A DNA stretch of 64,000 nucleotides from Isurus oxyrinchus (Eukaryota): the NCBI GenBank assembly GCA_026770705.1, contig JANJGN010000015.1:35588001-35652000 (forward strand). Reading direction: 5' to 3'. The first letter of the stretch is position 1; the number at the start of each line of letters is the position of its first letter. Of this stretch, positions 34,645-46,879 are shown in pieces. Below the pieces are notes generated by a model that was not told the origin of the DNA, made no database searches, and saw only the letters and a program-made list of their open reading frames with translations. A program made the translations under genes and the position numbers.

Positions 34645-36035
34645 TGTATTAGAAACTAGAGATAGTTTAGATAAGTTATATTTGTATTTGTAGGCATTAT
34701 GAATGAGTTTTAGATTTAACTAGTCTAGTTTATGTTTCTGTTTTTGTGGGATAAGAAAGGGAGGAACTTGAGTTTTAGTTTCATTTTAAAAGTTTCCTGC
34801 AAATATGTGGATTTGTTTATATGCCTGCATTTTTAATAAGGTTTTACAACCCTTGAAGTGGTTTAGGAAGTTAAAACAAAGTAAAAAACTGGGCTGTTAC
34901 CTAGCAACCGGTGCCCACAGTCACAGAGAAACAGAAAGCAGTTTGAGTTCAGTGATGAGGCTGCTCTAAGATGAAGGAACCAGTTTAAGTTTCTCTCTAG
35001 ATGGATCTACTAGCAAATTGCTGAGGAAAATAAGTCTAAGAATCTTAGATGAGTTGCTCTAAAGTTAAAGCAACAGTGAATGTTAAGTGAGTTCAAGGGA
35101 GATACCAAGTTGTCAGCAGTCTAATGGGAGAGAAAGCTGCCGGGAGCAGGTCCTAAAGGAAAAAGAGATAGGTCCCAAGAAGCCCTTTAAGTTACGTCAA
35201 AGGACTAGGACAGTGGAAGTGAAAGCAAGGAGTAGACAGATAAGCTCCGAATTACAGAGAGGAAGCCGAAGGAAGCAGACTCAAGGCAATGTTGGCTTGG
35301 GAGATGCCAGAAGATCTGAGGAGACAGCCAAAGGCTGGTGACTCCTCAATATAGACATGTGATGCAGTGGTGTTCTATTGGCATAGCAGAGTATCTGAGA
35401 GAGAGTGCATGGAAGATGATGCTTGGATGCACGTGGCGATCCAAGGGAGAAGAACATTGGAAGGAGAGTTTGAAATCCTAGAGGTGGACCTTTGTGGTAG
35501 GCGTCCAAGAGAAAGAACTGTTTTGGAGAAGATTCCAAAGCGAGTTCTTTGAGGGTGGAGATTGGAAACCCCTGTGTGAAAGAAGGAGTTCATTAAGACC
35601 GATTGACTCATGGTGTGACAAGCGTTTGGGGAGAGTTGATGAGTGATCGATAACATCTGTTTGGGGTGGCATCCGTCAGTTGGTTTCACAATGTGTTATA
35701 CCTGACCACAGGTCGCCTATTGGTTTTCATGGGCTGTGTACTTTCTATGAACAATAGAAATTAAGATAGGTTTTGTAACTTGTGTTATCTTTACAAATCT
35801 GTTTATATCTGTAAAGGTATAATTGTGAGTGAAGGAGTATAGTAATATAGTTCATCTTTTCTTGTTTAATAAATGCTTCATTCTTTTGTTAAAAGTTCAT
35901 CAGCTGACTCCTATGACTCTGTTCAGTAGCCGCCCTCCATGTTTCGAAACAAAGGATAAAAGTTAGGATCTATCAAGCCGGGTTCCACCCTGGGATCTGA
36001 CTTGTCCAGCAGTAACATCAGCTGGGATCATAACA
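34645..36035 (+). mobile_element. Long solo LTR-like element (~1.4 kb)
   Basis: Ends ctgggatcataaca; AATAAA near 35868 followed by U5-like sequence; purine-rich interior, no ORF; left boundary and TSD uncertain. Confidence 0.55.
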
Positions 36036-36098
36036 CAAGGTACAGGAATGTAAAACAGAGGAGGGAAATCAGACGATAGTAATATTATAATAATATTG

Positions 36099-36412
36099 GA
36101 GGGGTATGGTGGTGTAGTGGTAATATCACTGGATCCAGAGGCCCAGGCTAATGCTCTGGGGATACGTGTTCAAACCCCACCATGGCAGCTGGTGGAACTT
36201 AATTTGAATTAGTAAATCTGTAATTGAAAGCTGGTCTCAGCAGTGGTGACCATGAAACTATTATCAATTGTTGTAAAAACTTGTCTGGTTCACTCATATC
36301 CTTTAGGAAGGAAATCTGCTGTCCCTACCTGGTCTGGCCTGCATGTGTCTCCAGACCCACAGCAACATGGTTAACTCTTAACAATCTGAAATCACCTAAA
36401 AAACCACTCAGT
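36099..36412 (+). mobile_element. tRNA-derived SINE (head plus body, tail missing)
   Basis: A-box tggtgtagtgg, B-box gttcaaacccc, body ctggttcactcatatcctttaggaaggaaatctg..ccagacccacagcaa..ccactcagt. Confidence 0.85.
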
Positions 36413-36661
36413 GCCCCCCATGCCAAGCTATGGTAGTTCCATGCTCATTCACCCACTATGCACTTATACACAACCTACTATTGTGATAGCAGGTTGTGTA
36501 AAAAAACCTTTAAAAAAAAGTCATTTTTTCATTATTTTCCAATGTTAAAAAACGTCATTTTACTACAGTACAAAAAAATGCCAATCATCCAGAGCCTTTA
36601 AAGCATCAATATCAGAAAATACAAGCACTTGAAATCACATAACGTTGTATAATTAAACATT

Positions 36662-37152
36662 GGGTGGAATGTTCATTTCTGGATCTGAGTCCCATGGCGG
36701 GAGGGTAAGAATGAGAAGTGTTTCCAACCATGGAGACCAGTGGGAATTCATGCTGTATGGCACGGTGCTGGCCTAATTAAGTATGCAGTTGGGGGTTTCC
36801 CAACGGTTTGCACGGTGAGGTGGGCTGGACGGCGCGCCATCATTTCTGGGTTCTATATTTAAAAGATGGCCAGACATAAACTCACCCACCATTGTAGGAG
36901 AAGATCCACCTCCTGGAAGCTCCTGAAGCCAGAAAATCCACTTTGCAGATGCTCCACCCACTAACTACTGCAAGTGGTGCTCCAGGGTCCATGGTCACTA
37001 GAGGCCTCCATGTTCCAATCTCTGCAAGCTGCCCCAGGCCTTCTTCCAGGTGAGTCCTGACATGTCCATGCCACATTTATATGTATATATTCTGGACCTG
37101 CTTGAATCCCGCTAGCGGAGTGGGTGATTAGACCATGGGGACAATTCCAGCC
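36662..37152. mobile_element. Harbinger-type non-autonomous element
   Basis: TIR-like gggtggaatgtt / acaattccagcc. Confidence 0.5.
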
Positions 37153-38129
37153 AGGCTTTCATCTGCATCCCACAAATGGGATGCAAAACAGTTTCACGCC
37201 AGTCTCTGGTGGGAATAGCGACCCAACATGATGAGCGGAACCACATGTTCCTATTGTTATTCTACACTGGCAAGACACCCATTTTTCATCTCCCAACACA
37301 TTGTCCCCGCTTCCCACCATTAAACTCACCACTGGGATTAGGGTGGGGGGGGGTTCTGGAAAATTCTGACCACTGGGAAATTGATAGCAGAGATCAAAGA
37401 GCCTGGGCAGTTGATAAAGCAATATTTGCTCTGGGGCTCAGATGTTTCCACAAGGCTAATGGATTTGTGGGCTCTCAGCCAAGCCTCATTATGTATGCTT
37501 AGCTGAGAGCCCAGAAATCCATTACTCTTATCGAAACACCTGAGTATTAAAGATGTTGATGTATTGATAGCGCAAATAAAGCGATTGAGAAGACAGCCAA
37601 CATTGGTGGGAGGCTATAAGTATGCTAAGTTATTTCAAAGTGTACAGTGGCAGACTCTGTCAAAGGCTTTGGAGATATTCAGAGGACAAAGAAAGCACTC
37701 ATCAAAGCAACCAAGAGCAGGGTTCCATTGGTACGTAACAACAATATGGGAGAAACCCAGCCTGACAGGATGCAGAGAGTTCGAGGGATTTATAGAAAAT
37801 GAGTTGGTTGGCAGGCTTGTGGCAGTTCTTCCTCACCTTCCTGCCCAGCATGCAAGCTGGTGGGGGGTGGTGGGCGGGTACCCCCAAAGATGTGCAGGGG
37901 TACTTCTCACCCACCCCTCCAGATGATCTCAGGTAAGGATTGCACAGTGATTGCCTGGGAAGTGCAAACTTTCTCTGAGCAATTGCCCTGGATTGGGAAC
38001 CATCTGAAACTGTGATTTAAATCACAAACTTCAGTTGGTTCTAACTTTCTTACATCAATAGTTACCAGAAAAAGTTAGGAGAATTAAAACCCCTCTAGCT
38101 TCTGGGTAGATATTGTACAGACACATACC

Positions 38130-38730
38130 AACTAACTCCCCCACCCCTCACCACCCTCACAGCCCCAAACCACCAGTGGACTATTCCCCTACCCCAGTGC
38201 ACCACCTGCCCCCCACCCCCCAAAAAAAGACTCCCTCCTCCACGGGACTCCCCCACAAGATTTCTCCACCACCCCCCCCCCCCCCCCCCCACCCGCCAAG
38301 GTACTTCACCCAACACCCGATAACCGCTCCAGGCCTGGCCCGACCCAACCCCGCCCCCCCCAATCCTCCCCAAGGCCCGTTCTGACCCAATCTGACTCCA
38401 CTTCCCCCCAAAGACCTGATCCAGCCTGAAATGACCCGACTGCCGCCCCCACCCCCCAAGACACAAACTGACACCCACCCCCAACCCCAGGACCCAGCAT
38501 AACCCCCCCCCAAAGTCCCAACCTGACACAGCCCGACCCCCACCCCACACCCCAAGACCGGACATGACCTCCTGCCACCCAAAAGGCCCAATCTGACCTG
38601 ACACTCCCTCCTACCCCCCAAGGCTCGGCCATCCCAACCCCTATCCCCCAAGACCCAACACAAACCGCCCACCTGCTTCCCCGCCCCCAATCCCAACATG
38701 ACCCAGCAACCGCCCCCCACCTAATCCTAC
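38130..38730. repeat. C-rich degenerate tandem array (G-rich on minus strand)
   Basis: Recurrent ccccaagaccc..a(a/t)ctgacc units of about 35-40 bp with many C4-C20 runs. Confidence 0.75.
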
Positions 38731-38954
38731 CTCCTTATCTTGTACACTTACCTTGTTAAAGACCTTTAGACCTGCCTGGATCTTTACTTGGTTTACAGCA
38801 ACTGGTAGAAAGGGGGTGTGGCTTACTTTCCTTCGACTCTACAGCCCTTGTCGCTAGGTCCAGGGGACGCGCTGTACTGCCCAGATCTCACGGGGCCTGA
38901 GTCAGGAGGTCGGGTGAGATAAGATCAGCTAGATGTCAAGGTAAGAACTTTCAA

Positions 38955-39090
38955 GCAGAGTGACAATCTGATTCAATTCCCACTCCATTGGAAGTAACGA
39001 CCCATAGTTCCAAGTCAGGATGATATGTGGCTTGGAGGGAAACTTGCACTTGGCGGTGTTCCCATGCATCAGCACTTTCCTTGTTCTTCT
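38955..39090 (-). mobile_element. LINE 3' region fragment (family of 51680-52213)
   Basis: ttccaagtcaggatgatatgtggcttggagggaaacttgcacttggcggtgttcccatgcatc..ccttgttcttct, continuing the sequence that ends at 52213. Confidence 0.6.
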
Positions 39091-39112
39091 CATAGAGCCA
39101 AATAGAGTCGTA

Positions 39113-39790
39113 GGGCAGAATCTTCTGCTTGGCGAGCAGGGGAGCAGGGCCTGCTTGCCGACGTGTGAAATGACGCGGAGTGACGTGTGGCTTGTGTCCC
39201 GACGTCACCCCACATCATTTCGATTTTCAGTTTGGCGCACGCGCAGCCGGCTGAACTGTCAAAGGCCTATTAAGGCCATTAAAAACAATAATTAACATGA
39301 TTAATGGACCTTAAGGTTGGCGGGCTGGCCGGGAACCCAGGCGGGCTTCGGAAAAAACATGAAACCTCATCCATGGGTGGGATGTGGTTTCGTGAGGATA
39401 TTAAAATTTTTATTAAATGTTTAAATAAAAGAAATTGATATGTCCCAGCTCATGTGACAGTGGTACATGAGTAGATATTTCAGTCACTTTTTCCCCCTTC
39501 TTTACTGAAACTTTTAAACCTGATCCGATCTCCCTGAGGCGGCACTTTGCCTCAGGATGATGTGCGCTCTTTCGCACACATGCACGAGAAAGCACACTCG
39601 TGACTCAGGAAATCCCACCCCGCCAGCACAGAGAGCACATAGCTCTTCCTGCCGCACGTCACACTGGGTGGGCCTTAATTGGCCCGCACAAGTAAAATGG
39701 CTGCGCGATCCGACTCAGGGCACTGACCGGGAGCCCACCTGCTCGCGCCTGCTCCTGCACAACCCCCCTGACAGGGGGAAGATCCTGCGC
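39113..39790. mobile_element. Harbinger-type MITE (678 bp) inserted in a CR1 tail
   Basis: TIRs gggcagaatctt / aagatcctgcgc; atagagtc-type CR1 tail repeats on both sides; CpG-rich ends, AT-rich centre. Confidence 0.75.
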
Positions 39791-41262
39791 ATAGAGTTAT
39801 ACAGCACGGAAACAGGCCGTTTGGCCCATCATGCCAGCCATCAAGCACCTATCTATTCTAATCCCATTTTCCAGGGCTTGGTCCATAGTCCTGTATGCTG
39901 TGGTGTTTCAAATGCTCATCTAAATACATCTTAAATGTTGTGAAGGTTCCTGCTTTGATCACGCCCTCAGGCAGGGAGTTCCAGATTCCAACCACCCTCT
40001 GGGTGAAAAGTATTTTCCTTAAATCCCCTCTAAACCTCCTGCCCATTACCTTAAATCTATATCCCCTGATTATTGACACTCCCGTTAAAGGGAAATGCTT
40101 CTTCCTACCTACCCTATCTAAGTCCCTCATAATTTTGTATGCCTCTATCACGTCCCCCCTTAGCCTTCTCTGCTCTAAGGAAAACAACCCTAGCCTATCC
40201 AGTCTCTCTTCATAGCTGAAACGCTCCAGCCCAGACAATATCCTGGTGAATCTCCTCTGCACCCTCTCTACTGCAATCACATCCTTCCTATGGCATGGCG
40301 ACCAGAACTGCACACAGTACCTCCTGCTGTGGCCTAACTAGCATTTTATAGAGCTCCATCATAATCTCCCTGCTCTTATATTCTATGTCTTGGATAATAA
40401 AGGCAAGCATCCCATATGCCTTCTTAACCACCTTATCTACCTGTGCTGCTGCCTTCAGGGATCTATGGACATGTACACCAAAGTCCCTCTGACCTTCTGT
40501 ACTTCCTAAGGACCTACTATTTATTGTGTATTCCCTTGCCATATTTGTCCTCCCAAATGCATCACCTCACACTACTCAGGATTAAATTCCATTTGCCACT
40601 GCTCTGTCCATCTTACCAGCCTATCTATATCGTCCTGCAATCAAAGGCTTTCCTCCTCACTATTCACAACACCACCAATTTTCATGTCGTCTGTGAACTT
40701 ACTGATCATACCTCCTACATTCATGTCTAAATCATTAATGTACATTACAAACAGCAAGGATCCCAGCACCGATCCTTGTGGTACACCACTCATCACAGGT
40801 TTCCAATCGCAAAAACAACCTTTGACCATCACCCTCTGACTCCGGCTACCAAGCCAATTTTGGATTCAATTTGCCAAATTGCCCTGGATCCCTTAGACGC
40901 TTACCTTCTTGACCACTCCCTCATGCAGGACCTTGTCAAAAGCCTTACTAAAGTCCATGTAGACTACATCAACTACACTATCCTCATCTACATAACTACT
41001 CACCTCCTCAAAATATTCAGTCCAATTTGTTAGACATGATCTCCCCCTGACAAAGCCATGCTGACTATCCCTGATTAATCGTTGCCTCTCCAAGTGGAGA
41101 TTAATCATGTCCCTCAGAATTTTTTCCAATAGTTTCCCTACCAATGATGTTAGACTCACTGGCCTGTAATCACCTGGTTTATCCCTGCTACCCTTCTTGA
41201 ATAATGGTGCCACATGCACTGACTTCCAGTCCTCTAGCACATCTCCTGTGGCCAGAGAAGAT
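39791..41262 (-). mobile_element. CR1 LINE, 5'-truncated (RT domain to 3' tail)
   Basis: DWKSVHVAPLFKKG..YRPVSLTS, YMDFSKAFDKV, SGVPQGSVLG, SKFTDDMK, QFWSP..WNSLPE. Confidence 0.95.
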
Positions 41263-41269
41263 TTTCTCC

Positions 41270-41365
41270 CTTCTAGGAGGCAGAGGTCATGGGTTCGGAA
41301 GGTGCTGTCGAAGGAGCCTTGGCGAAATGTTGCATTGCATCTTGTGGATGGTGCACACTGCTGTA
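41270..41365 (-). mobile_element. LINE fragment (family of 51680-52213)
   Basis: Reverse complement of 52105-52203: cagcagtgtgcaccatccacaagatgc..gccaaggctcctt.gacagcaccttcc. Confidence 0.75.
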
Positions 41366-44300
41366 TATTATCTATAGGAGGAGAAGCATTAACAGCCAGA
41401 CATTGTCAGGAATCCCTATCATGTCCAGCTAGTTTCTTTATTCCTAACTGCAATACTTACATTGGCCAAGCATTTGTCACCTGTTATATGGGTGTGTTAA
41501 CAGAGGTGTTTTTGCATTTTAATCATCTAAGGAAAAAGGACATGGGGCTGAATATCTGTGGGGATGCATTTTGGCTTAATTGCTTAGATGTCTCCTCCTG
41601 GGACCTCAGCAGCTGAGCCTGCAAAATGTAGCTTGGTTAGCAGAGGTCCATCAATTTGCCTGGTTTATTCAACTCCCTGCACATCTAGATGTGTACCTCT
41701 GACACCTTCTTCACTTCATAGCCTCAATTTGCAGCAAAACTATGCAGGTCTGGGGGAAAGAGTTGGAAGAGAATGAGGGCAACGATTCTCCTCAGATTCT
41801 CCAAGCACATTTAAGAACTTTGATTTGTCATCAGTGGCCGTGTTTGTAAGATAGCCACACTTAAACTATGTATTAAAAAACATCAACATTTCTTCAATGA
41901 TCTAAGCCAAGGTCCAGGTCTAAACCCTCACATGGGGTCCACATGGGCCCATTCCAACTGCCTAACCTCCCTCCTACTAATGGACAGGTTGGGGGCACAG
42001 GAACTTCCAGCATTTAGAGTCCTCGCTCCAAACAGCATGCTTTTTCATTTTGCTAGTCTTGTAAGAAGAGGGCACAGGTTCCACCCCTTAAAAAGCCTCT
42101 AAACTACCAAAAATAGGCTTTGGCCAAAACTGGATACCAAATTAATTTCTGTTAGCCCAGGAGAGTGCTGGAAGGACCATGGAGTATTGGCAGCTTTTTG
42201 CTTACAGTCTAACATTAACTGTGTTGTAAGGAGTTTTCTGACAGCTACTATGAATATTTGCTGCAGTTAACATTAAAATATGTGCTGTTCACTTTGCATC
42301 CTCCCTAATTTGTTAAATTTACTCGTTAGATTCTGCCGATATCTCTGCTGAGCAGTGACCAATTTTAGCCTCTAATTAATTGGCAGAGAGCAATGGTGGA
42401 ACCCAGGCTGTTTAGGCCTCTCATTCTATTCTCTTTCCATGTGGAGGAAACAGCTTATCTCCATTTGGTGCCTCCCTTTGATGGTCATTTGAGACTGGTA
42501 ATTCTTTCTGCTGGTTGGGGAGGGGACACCGGACAAGGAAACATCCTGTTGCCTGTCAGTTTTGCATGTCAGTGACACAGAGGGCATAACATAAGAGAGC
42601 TATTCCCGACGTTTTATTATTAAATAATTACTTCCATTTTGCATGTGCTTTGAAGCCATTCAGTACTTTGTCTTCATTTTGTTTCACACGCAAGAAAGAG
42701 GAAAGTTTTCCTGACTTTGCAGCTTTCAGCTGGCTCCTGTTGAAGGCTTAATCCAGGAAAGCTGCCCCAGTACAAATGAGTCTTTAAGGTGGGCGAAGGA
42801 AGTGCAATTCCTTCCGAAGCTTTGGGAGCATTGCTCCCTGTGGCATCATCAGTCACGGCAGGGAGTAGGCCCAGCACAGTGCCAGGTACGTCCAGCAGCC
42901 TGCCAGAGAAAACAAAAACATTTCTGGGCACAAGTTCATCGTAATCTCAAGGGGCAACCTGCCAAAGTGGGGTCAAATATCAGGTCAGCAGCAGAGTGAA
43001 AGACAATGGCCGCAGCTACCACAACATTATGTCTGTTTTCTCACTGAGGGAGTTTTTTTTTCCAAAATTTCACATTTAGTCCATTTAGATTTCTGTTGTG
43101 AATGCAGCCTCCATGATTTATCTACCAGTTAAGTATGTATACTATCCCACCCAATTACAGTTGTGGTTATTGTATAAAACAAGATTCCTTTGAAATGGTC
43201 ATGGGGAACTGAGTCAGCGCAGCTGATCGCACTTTTCTTTCAGATTTCTTTCCCCACACTTTTATAATCCCTGCCTGACTCTCATTCATCAGTGGAATCA
43301 GTAGAACAGCAGGTATTATAAAGGGCAGGTGAGGCAGTGAAGCCTCCCCTATATGGTCTGCTGCTAAACCCATCCTTGCTTCCAACCAGACTTATCAAAT
43401 CTTCCACATTTGACATAACATTGACTCATTTTAAAACAGTGAGCTGTTTTGACATCCTCTGCTGTTAGAAAACTAATCACAGCTCCATTTATTTAGATGG
43501 GTTTGAGCATCTTCCATCTGCTTCACCATTTACCCAATGCTGACTACTCTGCTTACAGTTGTCAGATTATTTCTGATTTACCTACCATAAATTCCTAATG
43601 CTAACCAGTGAGTGAGGTGTCTAGATCATACTGGCCTACCACTGCCTTTCAGTCACTGTTTCTGAAGAGTTTAAACGGTGTCATCTTCATACAGATCTCA
43701 GGTGCAAATGGTATCTTTTATCATACTACTACAGCTAAGGCAAAGCTTAACGCATCTAACACAGAGGTTTACATCTGGATGGAGAACTATCACTCACTGT
43801 ACTCCATTCCCCCCATTAATATTTTTTACATTAACTTGACATTATAAATATCTGAGAATATCCTCATGGAAATCACCACAAGCCTATTTTTTTAATTGCA
43901 TGTGGCAAGAAATATAATGGGCCAAATCTTCCGAGGAGTGGCAGTCATGATTGGATTTACTCCTATTTACTTACCCTGCACTGTTCCAGTGGCTTAAGAT
44001 TTTTGTAGCACTTGGCAATGCTAACGACATAACTAAATGAGTGAATTGGTTATGCTGGACAAGGTCATGAGCAACACACAATTTCTAAACTACTGTGCCC
44101 TCTGTTTATATTCCTTCTCCAGGTACCGTGCCCCTAGGAGAGCAATGGTGACCATGGACTTCCATTGTATTGGCCCATGATTATGCTTGGCAAAGTACTG
44201 CAGAGATTTGTTGTTGCCTTCTGCAGTATGGCTGACCAGGAAACTCTCCTGCTCTTACTGCCTGCCATATTGGAAGGATCTACAGGCTGATAATCAACCT

Positions 44301-46505
44301 GTTTGGCCACATTATGTGACCATCAAATCCTGGAGCTGATTTGAATCCAGGGCTTCTAGCCAAGAGGTAGGGATACGCCAAGAATTTAAAAACCTTATTT
44401 CAAGTTTTACAACTTTAGATATGTGCGGAGTCATTATTAGCACATATATCAACACACACATGCATATACTATACCTATATCTATGTGGTGCACACTTGCA
44501 GCCCACATGAATTAATTATGTATTGAGAGTCGATCAGTTGCTGATTTTTCACCGGGTCAATTTTTATTTTCCATTTACTTGGAAGATATTGCCAACCTTA
44601 ATTTCAAAGCAAATAAAAATTTCAATGAGTCTGGGTAACAAGTCTTGAAAACGAGTTTGAACTTCTGTGAACTTCTGTGGAAAGGAGATTGAGTGTGGTG
44701 AAAACATCAGCTGTTAATTCAAAGTGCTGACATAGACCAATTTCATTCCCTTATATACCTTCTGTACAGCGAAGTCAGCACTGTACTGTAATTGTTGGTA
44801 TACAAATTCATAGGCTACACCAGATCCTTCACAATTATAAATAATAAAACTGAAGAGCACAAACAGATAAGATAGATGCCAAATACAGAAGTATTAGTGT
44901 TAATAATAAAATAAAAATATCAAAGTTCAGTGCCGTTGCTACATTAGATTCATGGCAATATATGGCAATACTTTGCATTGAATTGTCTCCACCACATTTT
45001 GTCCGCTTTGTTCCTTAAAATGAATGTGTGTTTTGTACATGTGAAAAAACAAAAGAAAGCATTTCATTGAGAGCCAGACTTCAGCTAATTTGTCCACACA
45101 GATTTGAAGGCTGACCCCTAATTATGGGTCTCAGTGTAAATTTCATAGAAATGACCAGACTAACATTTCAAATGGAATCAGATGTTGCCCGTTCAAGGGT
45201 TAAATGCAGCATGATTGGATTGACTAGTTGGAACTTAATCATGGGCCTAAGACAATGCAGACTGCCCCACTCCCTTCCTCAAGGATGCAATGTGAGTAAT
45301 GGTGCTTTGAATCACTCCAAAACATTCATCAGACAGAGGAAGGACAAAGAGTCAATCAGAAGGAGTTGAGGGAGGTCAAATTGGCAAACATGAAACAAAT
45401 ATTTTGATCCCAAAGCACAGATCAGATAAAGAAAGTACCATTTGTTTCCTTAAATTGATAGTTATCATTTGCAAGGACAGCATTGGCCTGGTCAGTGTAC
45501 ACTCATGTAAGGAAGTATTGTTCAAAACACACAGTTCACAGCACCACCTCTATATGCATGATATTTGATTACGCAAAGTTGACTTACTGCATATATGCCA
45601 GAAAGATCTGGCAGCCAAGGACCAACGCAAAATATTAGTAAACATTCGTTTCTTTGATTGTATTCTCTAACCCTTCACCCTTAGTAGAATTCACTTTTGA
45701 CCACTAAACATCTATCACATAATACAACTGAATATTGATAAGTGGAAAACTTGGATTTAAACAAAAAATATTCTTTCACTAAATGTGGGCATCCCTAATT
45801 ACCCATGAGAAGGTTGTGGTGAGCCATTTTCTTGAATCACTGCAGTCCATCTGCTGCAGGTACACTCACAGTGCTGTTGGGGTGTCTGCCACACATTTCT
45901 TCCAAGTGGTATTTGACATGGAGGAGTACTGATCAGATGAAGTGGTGGTAATCAGCAGGAGGTTTCTTGGCCCATGCTTGACCTGTTGCTATGAGACTTT
46001 ATGGGGTCCAGAGTCAATGATTCTTGACTGATACCACTGTGCCGCCATCTCTGCTGGGTCTGTCCTGCAGGTAGGACAGGACATGCCCAGGGATGGTGAT
46101 AATGGTATCTGGGTCATTGCTGTAAAGTATGATTCAGTGAGTATGACTATACCAGGCTGTTGCTTGACTAATCTGTGGGACAGCTCTCCCAATTTTAGCA
46201 TAAATACCCAGATATTTGTAAAGAGGACTTTGCAGAGTAGACAAGGCTGGATGTGCCATTGTCATTTCCAGTGCTTAGGTCAATGCTAGGTGATCCATCT
46301 GGTTGTATTCCTTTTCAACTTATCTGTAGCAGTCTGGTAGAACTGAGTGGCTTGCTAGTCTATTTCAGAGGACAGGTGAGAGTTAACCACATTTCTGTGG
46401 GTCTGGAGTCACATGTAGGTCAGACCAGGTAAGGACACCAGATTTCCTTCTCTAAAGGACATTATGAACCAGATGGGTTTTTACAATTAATGATGGTTTC
46501 TTGGC

Positions 46506-46607
46506 TTCATCAGCAACTGTCCCTCGATTCGAGGATAACTTCTGTTCAAGGTCTTTATGTGACTGAACAGGTTGATTCTTGGCCCATTGATCTTTGGGGC
46601 CTAAATG
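46506..46607 (-). mobile_element. Short RTE-like 3' fragment nested in the element above
   Basis: 8-bp TSD ttcttggc (46498-46505, 46608-46615); gtccctcgattcgaggataactt resembles RTE 3' ends; family call tentative. Confidence 0.55.
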
Positions 46608-46685
46608 TTCTTGGCACCATTACTGGAACTAGCTTTCAATTCCAAAATTTTATTAATTAAATTTAAATTCCACTAGTTGCCATGG

Positions 46686-46879
46686 GAACAGAAGACTTAG
46701 GAGCAGGAGTAGGCCATTTGGCCCTTCAAGCCTGCTCTGCCATTCAATACGATCTTCGGCTGACCTGGTTGTGGTCTCAGCTCCACCTTCCTATCTGCCA
46801 CCCCCATAACACTTGACTCCCTTGTCTATCAAAAATCTAACTAACTCAGCCTTGAATAAATTTAAATGGCCAGCCTTCA
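46686..46879 (-). mobile_element. CR1 3' end nested in the SINE head
   Basis: aggagcaggagtaggccatttggcccttcaagcctgctctgccattcaa; atgg repeated on both sides. Confidence 0.85.

Noticed and set aside
36099-36185. tRNA genes (also 11620-11682, 46880-46962, 15315-15355)
   Set aside because: A and B boxes are present but there is no full cloverleaf, and the sequence continues into SINE bodies.
38095-38720. Long Gly-rich and Pro-rich ORFs (up to 179 aa)
   Set aside because: Open only because the C/G low-complexity array lacks stop codons.
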